Positions 19,330 through 30,146 are shown, counted from the first letter of the stretch. The stretch: DNA of 64,000 nucleotides from an uncultured Chloroflexia bacterium (GCA_963748625.1 CAVVJT010000007.1:928001-992000), one strand, 5' to 3'. Notes: generated by a model from the sequence alone, not told the origin. Numbers and translations are program-made.

Positions 19330-22300
19330 GGGAGGCCGTCAGCTCGGTCAGGCGGGTGAGCGCCGCACCCACAAGGTCCAGCTCCGCCTCGTAGCGGGCA
19401 AGGTCGCCCGCGCGGAGGGCCTGCTGCGCCAGCTCGTAGTGCTCGTTCGCGTATGCGATGAGGCCGTCAACATCGGTGGGCAGGCCACCGGGCGGGGCCG
19501 TGGTGGGCTGCGCGGTGGGTCCGGGTGTCGCGGTGGGGCCGGGTGTCGGCGTCGGAGTGGGCGTGCCGTTGCCCTCCCCCTGGAGCGCGAGGAGCTTGGT
19601 GAGCGACTCGCCCAGGGTGTCGCCCCAGACGATTGTGGTGGGGCTGGCCACCACGATCTTCTGGAACTCCGGGAACGCCGCCGACGTGGACTGCAGGTAC
19701 ACCGGTTGCAGGTAGAGCAGCGAGTCACCCACCGGGACCACGATCAGGTTGCCGCGGATGACCTGCGATCCGGACTGGTTCCAGAGTGAGATCTGGGCGG
19801 AGATCGACGGGTCCTGGTCGATGCGGGCCTCGATCTGGGCCGGTCCGAAGATGGTGGTGTCGGTCGGGAAGCGGTATGCCACGACCTGGCCGAGATTCGG
19901 GCCATCATTGCGGGCGGCAACCCACGCGATCATGTTCGGGCGGGCCTTGGCGATCATCGGCTGGAGCAGCAGGAACTCCGCCTTCGGCTCCTCCGGCATG
20001 CGCATCACCACGTAGTACGCCTCGGAGGGGAGGCTCTGCTCGTTGGTCTGCGCTTCGGGGACCGTCCACAGGTCGGTGTTGTTGAAGAACGTCAGCGGCT
20101 GCGTGACGTGGTAGGAGCCGAACATCCGGGTCTGGACGTTGAACTGCTCCTCGGGCGTGCGCAGGTGGGCCGCCAAGCCATCGGGCAGGTCTTCGATCGG
20201 CTCGAACACGCCCGGGAAGACACCGCTCCAGGCGCGGATCAGCGGGTCGGACGGATCCGCAATGAACAGCCGCATGCTGCCGTCGTAGGCGTTCATCGTG
20301 ATCTTGACGCTGTTGCGGATGTAGTTGAACGTCTCGCCGGCCAGCCCGGAGCCCTCTCCGAGGTCCCAGCCACTGAACCAGTTGGCGTTGGGGAAGTCAC
20401 TGCTGATCGTGTAGGCGTCCTGGACGTAGACGAGACTGCCCTCGGCGTCGATGACGAGGTACGGATCCTTGTCGTAGCGCAGGAACGGCGCAATCCGGTC
20501 GAGCCGCTCGTGGAGCGTGCGGTGGAACAGCAGCTGGCTCTCGGCCGTGATCTGGTCCGAGATGAGCATGTCCAGGTCTTTGAACCGCGCGGCGAAGAGG
20601 AGCCGCGACAGGGTGGTGTCAAGCGGGACGCCGTTGGTGCCGGACCAGCGGGTGGTCTCGTCCACCGTGGTGGTGCCCTGCGTGCGCGGGTAGTCGAACT
20701 CGGCCTGGCGGGCGCGGACCACGACGTAGCGGTCGTCCACCTCGCCGAAGTAGATGCGCGGCTGCTTGATCTCGGGCGCGCCATTGGTGGACAGCGGCGG
20801 CAGGTCCTTGATCCAGAGGTTGGGCTGGCCCTCCTGGGTGACCTCGTTGACCGGGACCATCGCCATGCCAATGCCGTGCGTGTAGATGATCCGCTGGTTG
20901 ACCCAGCCCGTGGCCTGCTGGTTCTTCTCGATCGCCATCTCGCGACCCGAGAGCATCACCTGGCGCAGATCACCGTTCACGTAGTAGCGGTCGGTGTCCA
21001 CGTCATTGAAGTCGTAGTACTGGCGGACCGTCTGGAGCTGGTCGAGCGTGACCTGCAGCGGACGGTAGTCCCACAGGCGGGCGTTGGTGAACGTGTCTGC
21101 CTCGGACCGCAACGCCTCCTCGGTGAGGGGCGCGGTCCCGCCGTAGTCCCGCGACACCCAGTCGTCCAATCCAAAACCGAGTTGGGTCATCGCGATGTTG
21201 TTGGCGATGTACGTCTGTTCCTGGGCGTAGGTGTTGGGGTCCACGGTGAGGCGCTGGATGGCTTCCGGGTACACCCGGCCCAGCACGATCGACGCCGAGA
21301 ACCAGATGATCATCACGGCGCCCAGCGGCCACATCCAGCGGGTGAACGCGCCGCCCACGAGCAGGGCCGCGGCCAGGGCCGAGAGCACCATGAGCACGTC
21401 GTAGGCCATGAAGCGGGCGTTGGCGTCGGTGTAGGACACGCCGACCGCAACACCCTGGGTGCTGTAGACCAGCTCCCACTTGTCGAGCTGGTAGCCCACC
21501 GCGACCGTGAGCAGGTACAGGCCCGCGAGGATGGCGAGGTGCACGCGGACGCGGGTGACGAAGACCTCGCCTCCGCGGCTGGTCTGGAGGAAGTAGCGCG
21601 CACCTGCCACGGCGAGGGCCGCGAGCAGGAGGCCGTTCGCCGTCGCCTGGGCGAAGCGCAGGAAGGGCAGGTCGAACAGGAAGAAGCTGATGTCCTGGCC
21701 GAAGACGGGATCGGTGACGGCCTCCGTGGGCGAGAAGGGCACACGGTTGACCCACAGCAGGAGCGTCTCCCACGTGCCCGACACGGTGCCGGCGACGCCG
21801 AGCGCGATGACCACGGCCATCCCGGCGATCAGCCACTTGCCCACCGGGACGAGGTCGGGGATGTCGTCAGGGTTGACCGAGATCGACTCCATGGACGGGC
21901 CGCGGCCCGAGGGGCCGCCCGGGAAGCCGCCCGCCGTGCGCGCCTGGCGCTCGGCCTGGCGCTGCGTCTCGGTCCAGCGCGCGGCCCACTCCTTGAGGCG
22001 GCCGGGCTTGTCGGGATCGGCCGGCGGGACGAGTCGTCCGGCCAGCCAGAGGTTGAGCCAGAGGAACAGCAGGGCGACCAGGAGCGTGGCTGCGAACAGG
22101 CCCACCTGGACGCCGATCCGTGTCCAGAAGACCGAATCGAAGCCGATGGTGCCGTACCAGATGGCATCGGTCCAGATGTCCACGATGGTGCCGGCGAGCA
22201 GGAAGAACAGCACGATGGCGGCAACCACGGCCACGATGGCGCCCTGCCGGACCATGGTCTTGCGCGAGGGCGGCGTCATGCCACCTCCGCTGCCCCGACC

Positions 22301-22534
22301 GGGACGGCGCGACCCGCCGCCACCTGCGTCACCGCCATCGCCGCTTCCGCCGTCGCCCGCCCGGCGGCCCCGCGGCCGGATCGGCGTGGGCTCGTCGTCA
22401 CGCTCCTCGCCAGCGTCCTCGCTGTCCGCATCATCGTCGGAAGAGGGGGAATCATCATCGCGCGGCGCTCGCCCCTCGGCCTGCGCACGGCGGCGGTCGA
22501 GCTCGCGTAGGAACTCGTCGAACAGGTCGCCCAT
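19307..22534 (-). CDS. UPF0182 family membrane protein
   Basis: DPVFGQDISFFLFDLPF, NARLWDYRPL, LQTVRQYYDF, YTHGIG, PRIYFGE, NYIRNSVK, GPAQIEARIDQDP, VIRGNL. Confidence 0.95.
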   Translation of the reverse strand: MGDLFDEFLRELDRRRAQAEGRAPRDDDSPSSDDDADSEDAGEERDDEPTPIRPRGRRAGDGGSGDGGDAGGGGSRRPGRGSGGGMTPPSRKTMVRQGAIVAVVAAIVLFFLLAGTIVDIWTDAIWYGTIGFDSVFWTRIGVQVGLFAATLLVALLFLWLNLWLAGRLVPPADPDKPGRLKEWAARWTETQRQAERQARTAGGFPGGPSGRGPSMESISVNPDDIPDLVPVGKWLIAGMAVVIALGVAGTVSGTWETLLLWVNRVPFSPTEAVTDPVFGQDISFFLFDLPFLRFAQATANGLLLAALAVAGARYFLQTSRGGEVFVTRVRVHLAILAGLYLLTVAVGYQLDKWELVYSTQGVAVGVSYTDANARFMAYDVLMVLSALAAALLVGGAFTRWMWPLGAVMIIWFSASIVLGRVYPEAIQRLTVDPNTYAQEQTYIANNIAMTQLGFGLDDWVSRDYGGTAPLTEEALRSEADTFTNARLWDYRPLQVTLDQLQTVRQYYDFNDVDTDRYYVNGDLRQVMLSGREMAIEKNQQATGWVNQRIIYTHGIGMAMVPVNEVTQEGQPNLWIKDLPPLSTNGAPEIKQPRIYFGEVDDRYVVVRARQAEFDYPRTQGTTTVDETTRWSGTNGVPLDTTLSRLLFAARFKDLDMLISDQITAESQLLFHRTLHERLDRIAPFLRYDKDPYLVIDAEGSLVYVQDAYTISSDFPNANWFSGWDLGEGSGLAGETFNYIRNSVKITMNAYDGSMRLFIADPSDPLIRAWSGVFPGVFEPIEDLPDGLAAHLRTPEEQFNVQTRMFGSYHVTQPLTFFNNTDLWTVPEAQTNEQSLPSEAYYVVMRMPEEPKAEFLLLQPMIAKARPNMIAWVAARNDGPNLGQVVAYRFPTDTTIFGPAQIEARIDQDPSISAQISLWNQSGSQVIRGNLIVVPVGDSLLYLQPVYLQSTSAAFPEFQKIVVASPTTIVWGDTLGESLTKLLALQGEGNGTPTPTPTPGPTATPGPTAQPTTAPPGGLPTDVDGLIAYANEHYELAQQALRAGDLARYEAELDLVGAALTRLTELTASPGASATP

Positions 22535-22561
22535 CCCCGCAAGTCTAGGCGAGAACCGGAC

Positions 22562-23020
22562 TCAGGGCCGATGGAGGCTTGCGACCGCGCTGGCGAACCC
22601 CGCAAGCACCTGCTCAGCGAGCTTGTTCGAGGTCATCGTCGCGGCCAGGGCCGGCTCCCACTTGAAGGCCGCCCGGATCACGAGCGGGCACCGCCAGGGG
22701 CGTGCCTGGTCCTCCGGCGGGTAGAGCGGGGTGAGCCGCACGCAGAGGCGGCCGTCCTCCTCCCGGACCAGCCCCGAGAGCGCACCCGCGAAGGCGGGGC
22801 CAAGCCGCATCAGTGGTGGCTCCGGCGGCGGGCCGGCAGCCGGGCCGACCTCGCGGAAGGAGATGACGCCCTCGTCGTCGGTGATCCACAGGACGCCCAG
22901 CCACCAGTCGTCCGGGCCATCCTGGGGGCGGGCCATGCCGGCCCCGAGGCGGCGCCCCCCGACGGTAAGCTCGTACGGCTTGAGGTAGCCGGGACCGGGA
23001 TGCGGCAGTCGTTCAGGCAC
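22562..23020 (-). CDS. Hypothetical protein
   Basis: GTG start MPERLPHPGPGYLKPYE with TATCCT -10 hexamer 7 nt upstream; globular composition. Confidence 0.7.
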   Translation of the reverse strand: MPERLPHPGPGYLKPYELTVGGRRLGAGMARPQDGPDDWWLGVLWITDDEGVISFREVGPAAGPPPEPPLMRLGPAFAGALSGLVREEDGRLCVRLTPLYPPEDQARPWRCPLVIRAAFKWEPALAATMTSNKLAEQVLAGFASAVASLHRP

Positions 23021-23096
23021 GCGAGCGAGGATACCGGCTGCCGCTCGGCCGCCCTCGTCCCCCCTCGGCCTGAGGTCCATCCTGGTCGGCCGGAAA

Positions 23097-23271
23097 TCCA
23101 TCCCTGCAAGGATGGAATCGCCCTGCCGATCCGCGTGGGGATGGAATCGGCCGACGGCGTGCGGCGGTCGCGCCCGAAGTCCGACCTTCAGTGCGCCAGC
23201 CCTGCACGCTCGGCCCCGAGATCATCTCCACGGGGATTGATCGTCCTTCCTATCCCCGTGGGGATGGAATC
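23097..23271. repeat. Paired palindromic boxes (ATCY-N6-GGAT x4), two diverged copies of about 50 bp; dispersed repeat family 3
   Basis: Boxes at 23100, 23129, 23224 and 23252; ATCC(G/C)CGTGGGGATGGAATC at 23129-23148 and 23252-23271. Confidence 0.75.
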
Positions 23272-23876
23272 TCCCCGGTGGGCGGCGCATCGGCCGGATG
23301 GAGCTCGGCAGGCCACTGTCCCTCGACCGGGACTCCGTCGTCCCCGATCGCGTGGTCGCGACTGGCAGCCTCGGGCGCCTCGGCGGCATCAAGTGCTTCG
23401 TCGGCCGCCTCGGGCGCCTCGGACCCAACCACGGGATCGTGACCGGCAAGTCGCGCCGCCTCCGCAGCCGGCAGGTCGTCCACGTGGATCCCGAGCTGGG
23501 ACATCGCGTCCGCCCGCAGGGCAGCCCGCTCCGCCTCCTCCGCCGCGAGCCGCGCCTCCGTCTCCAGGCGCAGCATCTCCCGCTTGACCTCGTTGGACGG
23601 CTGGGCAAGCGACGCCTGATGCTCGCGAGCCGACGCCGCATCCGCCTCGTCGCCGGTGATCAGGGACAGGAACCGGCTGCGGGGCCGGGCGACCGCGGAG
23701 CGGGCGCGCAGAATCGCCTCGGCATCGAGCGTGGTCACACCCTTGATGTCCGCATCGGTCCCAGGTGTGCTCACCAGTTGAGCGTCGCAGGACGGGCATC
23801 GTTCGGCGCCGGGCACCGGCAGGGCAGCCGAGCACCACGGGCAACGCGGCGCAGGGCCGCTCATCGGGTCGGTCAT
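23250..23876 (-). CDS. Hypothetical zinc-ribbon protein
   Basis: CPWC...CPSC at the N-terminus, coiled coil, acidic tail; CACAAT hexamer 6 nt before ATG. Confidence 0.75.
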   Translation of the reverse strand: MTDPMSGPAPRCPWCSAALPVPGAERCPSCDAQLVSTPGTDADIKGVTTLDAEAILRARSAVARPRSRFLSLITGDEADAASAREHQASLAQPSNEVKREMLRLETEARLAAEEAERAALRADAMSQLGIHVDDLPAAEAARLAGHDPVVGSEAPEAADEALDAAEAPEAASRDHAIGDDGVPVEGQWPAELHPADAPPTGEIPSPRG

Positions 23877-23932
23877 ATCTGGATTGTGAACCCCCGGTGC
23901 AACGTGGCTACTCCCCCGAATGGCCTAGTCGC

Positions 23933-25699
23933 TCACTCCCATTCGATAGTGGCGGGCGGCTTGCTGCTGATGTCGTACACGACCCGGTTGACCCCGGGGA
24001 CCTCGTTGACGATCCGTGACGAGATCTTGCCCAGCACGTCGTACGGGAGCTTCGCCCAGTCTGCCGTCATCCCGTCCTCGGACGTCACGGCGCGGATCGC
24101 AACCACGTTGGCGTAGGTGCGCCCGTCACCCATGACCCCCACCGAGCGGACCGGCGTGAGGATCGCGAACGACTGCCACACGCTGCGGTACAGGCCTGCG
24201 GCCTTGATCTCGTCGATCACGATCCAGTCCGCGTCGCGCAGGGTGTCCAGGCGCTCGGCGGTGACCTCGCCCAGGATCCGGATCGCGAGACCCGGCCCGG
24301 GGAACGGCTGGCGCTGGACCATCGCCTCGGGCAGGCCCATCGCCATGCCGACGTTGCGCACCTCGTCCTTGAACAGGTAGCGCAGCGGCTCGATCAGCTG
24401 GAAGCGCAGGTCCGCCGGCAGCCCGCCAACGTTGTGGTGCGTCTTGATCTTCTGGGCAGTCTTGGTCTCGGGCGTCGTGCTCTCGATGACGTCCGGGTAG
24501 AGCGTGCCCTGGGTGAGGAAGTCGATCTGGCCGATCCTGGCCGCCTCCTCCTCGAAGACCCGGATGAACTCGTCGCCGATGATCCGGCGCTTCTGCTCCG
24601 GGTCCGTGACACCGGCGAGCCGGGCCAGGAACCGCTCGCGGGCGTCCACCATCACGAGCCGCATGCCGAGATTGGCCTCGAAGGTGACGCGCAGGAGCTC
24701 CGACTCCTTCTTGCGCATCAGCCCGTGGTCCACGTAGATGCAGGTGAGGCGGTCACCGACCGCGCGATGGACGAGGGCCGCAGCGACCGCGGAGTCCACG
24801 CCGCCCGAGAGCGCGCAGATCACCTGGCCGGTCGAGCCGGTCGCGGCCGCATGGCGATCCACGCGCTCGCGGATCTCGGCAACGGTGGTGTCGATGAAGT
24901 TGGCAGGTGTCCAGGCGGGTGCGATGTGCGCAATGCCGGTGACGAAGTTGCGCAACACATCCCGACCGCGCGGCGTGTGGACGACCTCGGGGTGGAACTG
25001 GATCCCGTAGAGGTTGCGCTCCGGCGCGGCCAGACCGGCGTATGGCGTGGAGTCCGTCTGCGCCGTCGCCCGGAAGCCCTCCGGCAGCCGCGTGATCGAG
25101 TCGCCATGGCTCATCCAGACGGGCTGCTCGCGGTCGATGCCGGCGAACAGGCCGTCCTCCTGGGTGATCAGGACGGTCGCCGGGCCGTACTCGCGCTTGC
25201 TCGACGGCTGGACGTCGCCGCCCAGCTCGAGGGCCATGAGCTGCGCGCCGTAGCAGATGCCCAGGACAGGCAGGCGCCCGCTCCAGATCGACCCGTCCGG
25301 CTTGGGGGCGCCCTCGTCGTAGACGGACTTGGGGCCGCCCGACAGGATCACGGCCCGCACGCCGCGGCGCTCCAGCTCTGCCAGAGGCGTGTCGTGGGGC
25401 AGCAGCTCGGAGTAGACGTTGAGCTCGCGCACGCGGCGGGCGATCAGCTGGGCGAACTGGGAGCCGAAGTCCAGGACGGCGACGACGCCGGGCTCGGGCA
25501 CGACGGCCGCAGCTGGCGGGTCGGTGGGCGAGCGATCCGGCGGCGGCGCATCGAGGGCGACCTCGAGGTAGGCCTCGACCTCCGCGTCATCGGGCGCCAG
25601 CACGCGGTGGCCCGCGTTCGCGGCCTCTCCGTGGACCGTCTTGCCGCGGTCGCGTGCCGGGTCCGGCACCGCCTGCTGCTGCTCGTCCGACTCGGTCAA
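23933..25699 (-). CDS. guaA: GMP synthase (glutamine-hydrolysing) with N-terminal extension
   Basis: [54 protein letters not shown]; TTG start with GGGAGAGG SD. Confidence 0.97.
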   Translation of the reverse strand: MTESDEQQQAVPDPARDRGKTVHGEAANAGHRVLAPDDAEVEAYLEVALDAPPPDRSPTDPPAAAVVPEPGVVAVLDFGSQFAQLIARRVRELNVYSELLPHDTPLAELERRGVRAVILSGGPKSVYDEGAPKPDGSIWSGRLPVLGICYGAQLMALELGGDVQPSSKREYGPATVLITQEDGLFAGIDREQPVWMSHGDSITRLPEGFRATAQTDSTPYAGLAAPERNLYGIQFHPEVVHTPRGRDVLRNFVTGIAHIAPAWTPANFIDTTVAEIRERVDRHAAATGSTGQVICALSGGVDSAVAAALVHRAVGDRLTCIYVDHGLMRKKESELLRVTFEANLGMRLVMVDARERFLARLAGVTDPEQKRRIIGDEFIRVFEEEAARIGQIDFLTQGTLYPDVIESTTPETKTAQKIKTHHNVGGLPADLRFQLIEPLRYLFKDEVRNVGMAMGLPEAMVQRQPFPGPGLAIRILGEVTAERLDTLRDADWIVIDEIKAAGLYRSVWQSFAILTPVRSVGVMGDGRTYANVVAIRAVTSEDGMTADWAKLPYDVLGKISSRIVNEVPGVNRVVYDISSKPPATIEWE

Positions 25700-25770
25700 C
25701 GACCTCTCCCGTGCTGTCGTGCGATCGTGTGCGCAGAGTCTACCGGCAGGCGACCCCAGGGAGGTTCCCG

Positions 25771-26076
25771 TTGACGTACTCGATCGGTGCACTCGACCGT
25801 GCGACCGGCGACCTCGGCGTCGCGGTCCAGACCCGCTGGTTCGGCGTGGACGCGTGGGTGCCGTGGGTTGAGGCCGGCGTCGGTGCGGTCGCCACCCAGT
25901 CCTTCACCGAACCTGGGCACGGGTTCCACGGGCTGCCTCGCGACGCGGAGGCGCGCGACGCGTTTGCACGGGCCACCTCGGTCGAGTCCCGGTCAGGCGA
26001 GCACCTCCGCCGCTTCGCCGAGGCCGGGCACCTGCCGGGCGGAGACGACACGCTGCGCCGGCTCGGGCTGGCCTGA
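25771..26076 (+). pseudogene. Internally deleted DUF1028 (Ntn-hydrolase-like) gene remnant
   Basis: [23 protein letters not shown]...[14 protein letters not shown] is the DUF1028 N-terminus; after about 55 aa it jumps to a helical C-terminal segment; only 101 aa; GGGAGG SD before TTG. Confidence 0.7.
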
Positions 26077-26206
26077 CCGCGGCAGCCCTCAACCGCAAGG
26101 TCACGGTCAGCGGCGAACGGCGTCTTCAGGCCGAATCGGCCTTGCTGCCCTCAAGTCGCGCGCCTAGCGTCCAGCGAACAGGGCCGTACCAAGGAGGGAC
26201 GTCTGC

Positions 26207-27646
26207 ATGCGAGGTACCCGTTTCCCGAGTGCGCCCCGTGCGCTGGTGCTGGCGGTGGCGTTCGCCGTGGCTATCGGAGGGACCGTGGGGGTCGCGCCAG
26301 CTCAGGCAACCGCGCTGACCCCGACCACCACCTCGATTTCGCAACCGGACCTCAACCCCAAGCCCGTCGGCCGGACGACGATCATCCCGGTCAGCATCAC
26401 GCCCACCGTCACCGGCGGCACGGTCGAGTTCTTCGACGGGCTCGTGTCCCTGGGCACGATGCCGGTGCAGACTGACGGCACGGGCTCCCACTCGGGCCTG
26501 CCGATCCCTACCGACTTCGCCGAGGGCACCTACAGCATCGTCGCGCGGTACAGCGGCGACGCCAGCTTCGAGGCGTCTCAGAGCACCACGCTCGTGTTCG
26601 TCGTCGGGCCGCGGCCCACGATCGCGACGATCATGTCGGTCACCGGCCCGCGTGACAGCTCCGGCCTCACCGCCCAGGCACACGACACGATCCAGGTCAG
26701 CGCGAGCGTGACCGACAGCGGCGTCAGCGGCACGCTGGGAACCGCGCCGACCGGGACGTTCGACATCAAGGTCGATGGTGTGACGAAGGCCTCGTACAAC
26801 CCCGCCTTCGAGTCCTCGACATCGCTCGACACCGGGACATGGAGCCTGGGCGAGCACGACATCACCGCGGTCTTCAACGCCACGGGCACCGACTACGCAT
26901 CGTCCGCGCCGTCGTCAGCCTGGATCATCAACATCGTCGCCAATGTCGTGGAGGCCACCGGCCTCGCCGCCAGCAACCCCACCTTCTATCCGTACAAGGA
27001 CGGCTACAAGGACACGACCAGTCTGCGCGGCACGCGCGCCGAGCCGGCGAGCGTTGCCGTCAAGGTGGTGAACAGCTCCAGCAAGACCGTCAAGAGCGCC
27101 TCCGTCCCGCTCGGCACCGGCGCCTGGTCGGTGCCCTGGAATGGCCGGACCAGCACCGGCGCCATGCTCCCAGCGGGCACCTACACCGTCCGCCAGACGG
27201 TGACCGACGCCCACGGTGCCACGAAGACGTTCACAACTTCGGTGAAGCTATCGGCCAAGCGGCTGTACTCGTACACGAAGACGTACAAGAAGACCGTGTC
27301 GGACCGCTCCGCCGGCAGCCCGTCAAAGGGCTGGATCGGCTGGAAGTTCTCGCTGCCGTCGGCGACCGTCTACAAGAAAGTCGTCTTCGCCGTGTACGGG
27401 AAGTCGGGTTCGCCACGCGGCGTGTTCGGGCCGCACGACTACTCGGTCTGCCCGAGTGCCACGGCGTGGAACTGGCAGTGCACAAACCCCTACGCGACCT
27501 TCCCTTCGAGCTGGTCGTGGAAGTCGGTGACCGGCTCAGTCACCCGGAACCGCCATGGAACGACCGTTCGGATGTATGCCATCGCCGGCAACCGGACGGC
27601 AGTGCAGTACGGGCGCGTGACCGTCACGTACGGCGTTCTCAAGTAG
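26207..27646 (+). CDS. Secreted Ig-like (Big_3-type) repeat and FlgD-like domain protein
   Basis: Signal peptide; GTVEFFDG...YSIVARYSGDASF; TFYPYKDGYKD, WNGRTSTG..LPAGTY; AAGGAGG SD. Confidence 0.85.
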   Translation: MRGTRFPSAPRALVLAVAFAVAIGGTVGVAPAQATALTPTTTSISQPDLNPKPVGRTTIIPVSITPTVTGGTVEFFDGLVSLGTMPVQTDGTGSHSGLPIPTDFAEGTYSIVARYSGDASFEASQSTTLVFVVGPRPTIATIMSVTGPRDSSGLTAQAHDTIQVSASVTDSGVSGTLGTAPTGTFDIKVDGVTKASYNPAFESSTSLDTGTWSLGEHDITAVFNATGTDYASSAPSSAWIINIVANVVEATGLAASNPTFYPYKDGYKDTTSLRGTRAEPASVAVKVVNSSSKTVKSASVPLGTGAWSVPWNGRTSTGAMLPAGTYTVRQTVTDAHGATKTFTTSVKLSAKRLYSYTKTYKKTVSDRSAGSPSKGWIGWKFSLPSATVYKKVVFAVYGKSGSPRGVFGPHDYSVCPSATAWNWQCTNPYATFPSSWSWKSVTGSVTRNRHGTTVRMYAIAGNRTAVQYGRVTVTYGVLK

Positions 27647-27678
27647 GCACCGCGCCCGCGCCGACGGGCAGCGCACGC

Positions 27679-27711
27679 ACTTCGGCCCCCGCCCTCGGCG
27701 GGGGCCGAAGT
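27679..27711. terminator. Strong hairpin between convergent genes (probable bidirectional terminator)
   Basis: ACTTCGGCCCCCGCC-CTC-GGCGGGGGCCGAAGT, perfect 15-bp stem; no clear U-tract. Confidence 0.7.
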
Positions 27712-27751
27712 CGTCGCACGCGTCCGCAGAGGCCCGCCTGCACGGCCGGTC

Positions 27752-28774
27752 CTAGCCGGCGAATGCGTCGCAGGAGTGCTGGTCGGGCAGGAGCTGCTGC
27801 AGGGCGATCGTCGCGGTCCCCTGCCTGCCGGCCGCCCAACGGAGGGTCGGCGCCTGGCTCAGTGCCGTCAGGTCGTGGGGGAACTCGACGCCCGCGGCCT
27901 GCTCCGCTGCCACCATCGCCTCGGCCGTGGCGCGTGTGATTACGGCGCACCGCTTGGTCTGGCCCTTCTCCTCGTCCGGTACCACGGTCCCGACGCCCTC
28001 TAGGCCGCCCGCGAACGGCCATGCGACGTCCGCGATGTCAGCATCCTGGCTGCGTGGGCCGTCCGGGCCGCGACGGAGCGTGACGTGGAGCAGGTACTCC
28101 GCCGGGCTGTACGGCTGCGCCGACTCCACGACGAGTTCGGGCGGGATCCAGGTGCCGGCGTCGCGGATTCTCGCTGCGAGGGTGCCGAGGAGGTCCATCT
28201 CCGGCGGCACGATCCAGAAGGCGGGGTCGTAGTCGCCCGGGCTGCCCGTGCCCACCCGGACGATGCCGCCGGCGCGCGGGATGGTGAAGGCGTAGCCGGT
28301 GACGCCGCGACCGGGCGGCTCGGCGCCGGGACGGACCGTCGCCCAGTACTCAGCGGGAGCCTCGAGGAGTCCCGTCGCATCGAGCTGCTCGCGCATCCAG
28401 GCGATTCCATCGGCCCCGACACGCAGCTGCTGCACTCCTGCGCCGTCGTTCCACACGACCAGGCCGTCGTCCCGCACCACGGTCGCGGTCCCCACGGCCA
28501 GCACGTCGTCCGTCCAGTGCAGCGTGAACACCAGTGCCCCCGTCCGGGTGGCCGCCGTCGAGGCGGGCGAGGTCGCGATCGGGGTCGGGTCCACGGGAAC
28601 GACGGGTGCCAGGGTCGGCGTCGATGGGGCGGCTCCGGACGCCTCGGATGGGGCGGCCGACGGGACGGTCGGACCAGCGCTGCCCGGAGGAGCCGGTGAT
28701 GCGCAGGCAGCCAGCACGACCGCCAGGATTGCCGGAACTCCCACCGAAACCAGGGATGCCATCGACGTCCACAT
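27752..28774 (-). CDS. Hypothetical lipoprotein
   Basis: AILAVVLAAC lipobox, Pro/Ser/Thr linker, globular C-terminal domain. Confidence 0.75.
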   Translation of the reverse strand: MWTSMASLVSVGVPAILAVVLAACASPAPPGSAGPTVPSAAPSEASGAAPSTPTLAPVVPVDPTPIATSPASTAATRTGALVFTLHWTDDVLAVGTATVVRDDGLVVWNDGAGVQQLRVGADGIAWMREQLDATGLLEAPAEYWATVRPGAEPPGRGVTGYAFTIPRAGGIVRVGTGSPGDYDPAFWIVPPEMDLLGTLAARIRDAGTWIPPELVVESAQPYSPAEYLLHVTLRRGPDGPRSQDADIADVAWPFAGGLEGVGTVVPDEEKGQTKRCAVITRATAEAMVAAEQAAGVEFPHDLTALSQAPTLRWAAGRQGTATIALQQLLPDQHSCDAFAG

Positions 28775-28850
28775 CACCGCACCTCGGGGATGGGACGCGA
28801 GGGGTGCGGAGCGCGTTTCTGCTCGGCGCGGCCGACGCTGTCCGCGCGGC

Positions 28851-30017
28851 CTACTTCCCGCGCAGCTGCCAGCTCTTGCCCTCGGTGACCACGGACGGGG
28901 CGTAGACGATCTCGACGTCGTGCATCTCGACGATCGTCCTCGCGCCCAAGGCGGCCATCGACTGGCGCAGCGCACCCATCAGGTTCTGGGTGCCGTCCGT
29001 GACGTGGGAGGGGCCGTTGAGGATCTGGTCGAGCGTGCCAGCGGTGCCCACCTTGATCCGCGTGCCGCGCGGGAGCACGGGCGACGGGGCGGCCATGCCC
29101 CAGTTGGTGCCCTTGCCCGGGGCTTCGACCGCACGGGCGAGGGGCGAGCCGAGCATGACGGTGTCGGCGCCGGCGGCGATCGCCTTCGCGATGTCACCGC
29201 CCCGCTTCATGCCTCCGTCGGCGACCACGGGGACGTAGTGGCCGGTCTCGGCGAGGTAGGCGTCGCGGGCAGCGGTGACGTCGGCGATGGCGGTGACCTG
29301 CGGGATGCCGATGCCCAGCACCTCGCGCGTGGTGCATGCGGCACCCGGACCCACACCCACGAAGATCGCCGCCGCACCCTGCTCCATCAGCGCGAAGGCA
29401 GCTTCGGCGTTGGTGGTGTTGCCCACCGCGACAGGGATGGGCATGCGGCGGGTGAACTCCGCGAGGGAGAGTGGCTCGTAGCCGGACGCGATATGACGGG
29501 CCGAGCTGACCTGGCTCTGGACGAGGAACAGGTCCGCGCCGGCCTCGGCGCACAGCTGGCCGAAACGCTGGGCGACGCCGGGCGTCGCCGAGAACGCGGC
29601 CCTGGAGCCCGCGGCATGGAGCTCGGCGATGCGACGGGCGATCAGCTCCTCACGGATCGGCGCCTTGTAGGCGTCGGCGAGGATGTCCTGCACCTCGCCG
29701 TCGGGCGCGGCGATGATCCGGTCCAGGATCTCCGACGGATCGTCGTAGCGGAACTGGACGCCCTCGAGGTTGAGGACGGACAGGCCGCCGAGGCGGGCCA
29801 GCTCGCCGGACAGGCGCACATCGGCGACGGCGTCCATGGCCGCGGCGAGGACCGGAACGGCCAGCGCGATACCGCAGAAGTCCTGGGCGAGCACCACATC
29901 GGCGGGATCGACAGTGTCGGTGCCGGGGGCGAGGCTGACGTCCTCGAAGCCGTACGTGGGCCGGATGGCGTCCACCTTGGAGCGGAAGACCCGCCGGTTC
30001 GCCAGGGTCTCGGTCAT
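28851..30017 (-). CDS. guaB: GuaB3-type IMP dehydrogenase family protein
   Basis: YGFEDVSLAPG, AAAMDAV, GVGPGAACTTREVLGIGIPQ, ADGG, NWGMA; no CBS domains. Confidence 0.9.
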   Translation of the reverse strand: MTETLANRRVFRSKVDAIRPTYGFEDVSLAPGTDTVDPADVVLAQDFCGIALAVPVLAAAMDAVADVRLSGELARLGGLSVLNLEGVQFRYDDPSEILDRIIAAPDGEVQDILADAYKAPIREELIARRIAELHAAGSRAAFSATPGVAQRFGQLCAEAGADLFLVQSQVSSARHIASGYEPLSLAEFTRRMPIPVAVGNTTNAEAAFALMEQGAAAIFVGVGPGAACTTREVLGIGIPQVTAIADVTAARDAYLAETGHYVPVVADGGMKRGGDIAKAIAAGADTVMLGSPLARAVEAPGKGTNWGMAAPSPVLPRGTRIKVGTAGTLDQILNGPSHVTDGTQNLMGALRQSMAALGARTIVEMHDVEIVYAPSVVTEGKSWQLRGK

Positions 30018-30146
30018 CGTGTCGCCCTCACCCGCAATTCCACTCCTCCGTCGCAGGATCACAGTCTACCCGCCTCACCGCCGACCCCCATACTGGAGGG
30101 AAGTCGCGCCCAGCCCATGGGCACCAGACGTCACGAGGGGGCCACG

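Noticed and set aside
23097-23271. Resemblance of CGTGGGGATG to type I-E CRISPR repeats
   Set aside because: Only two diverged copies, no regular repeat-spacer period and no cas genes; treated as a REP-like family
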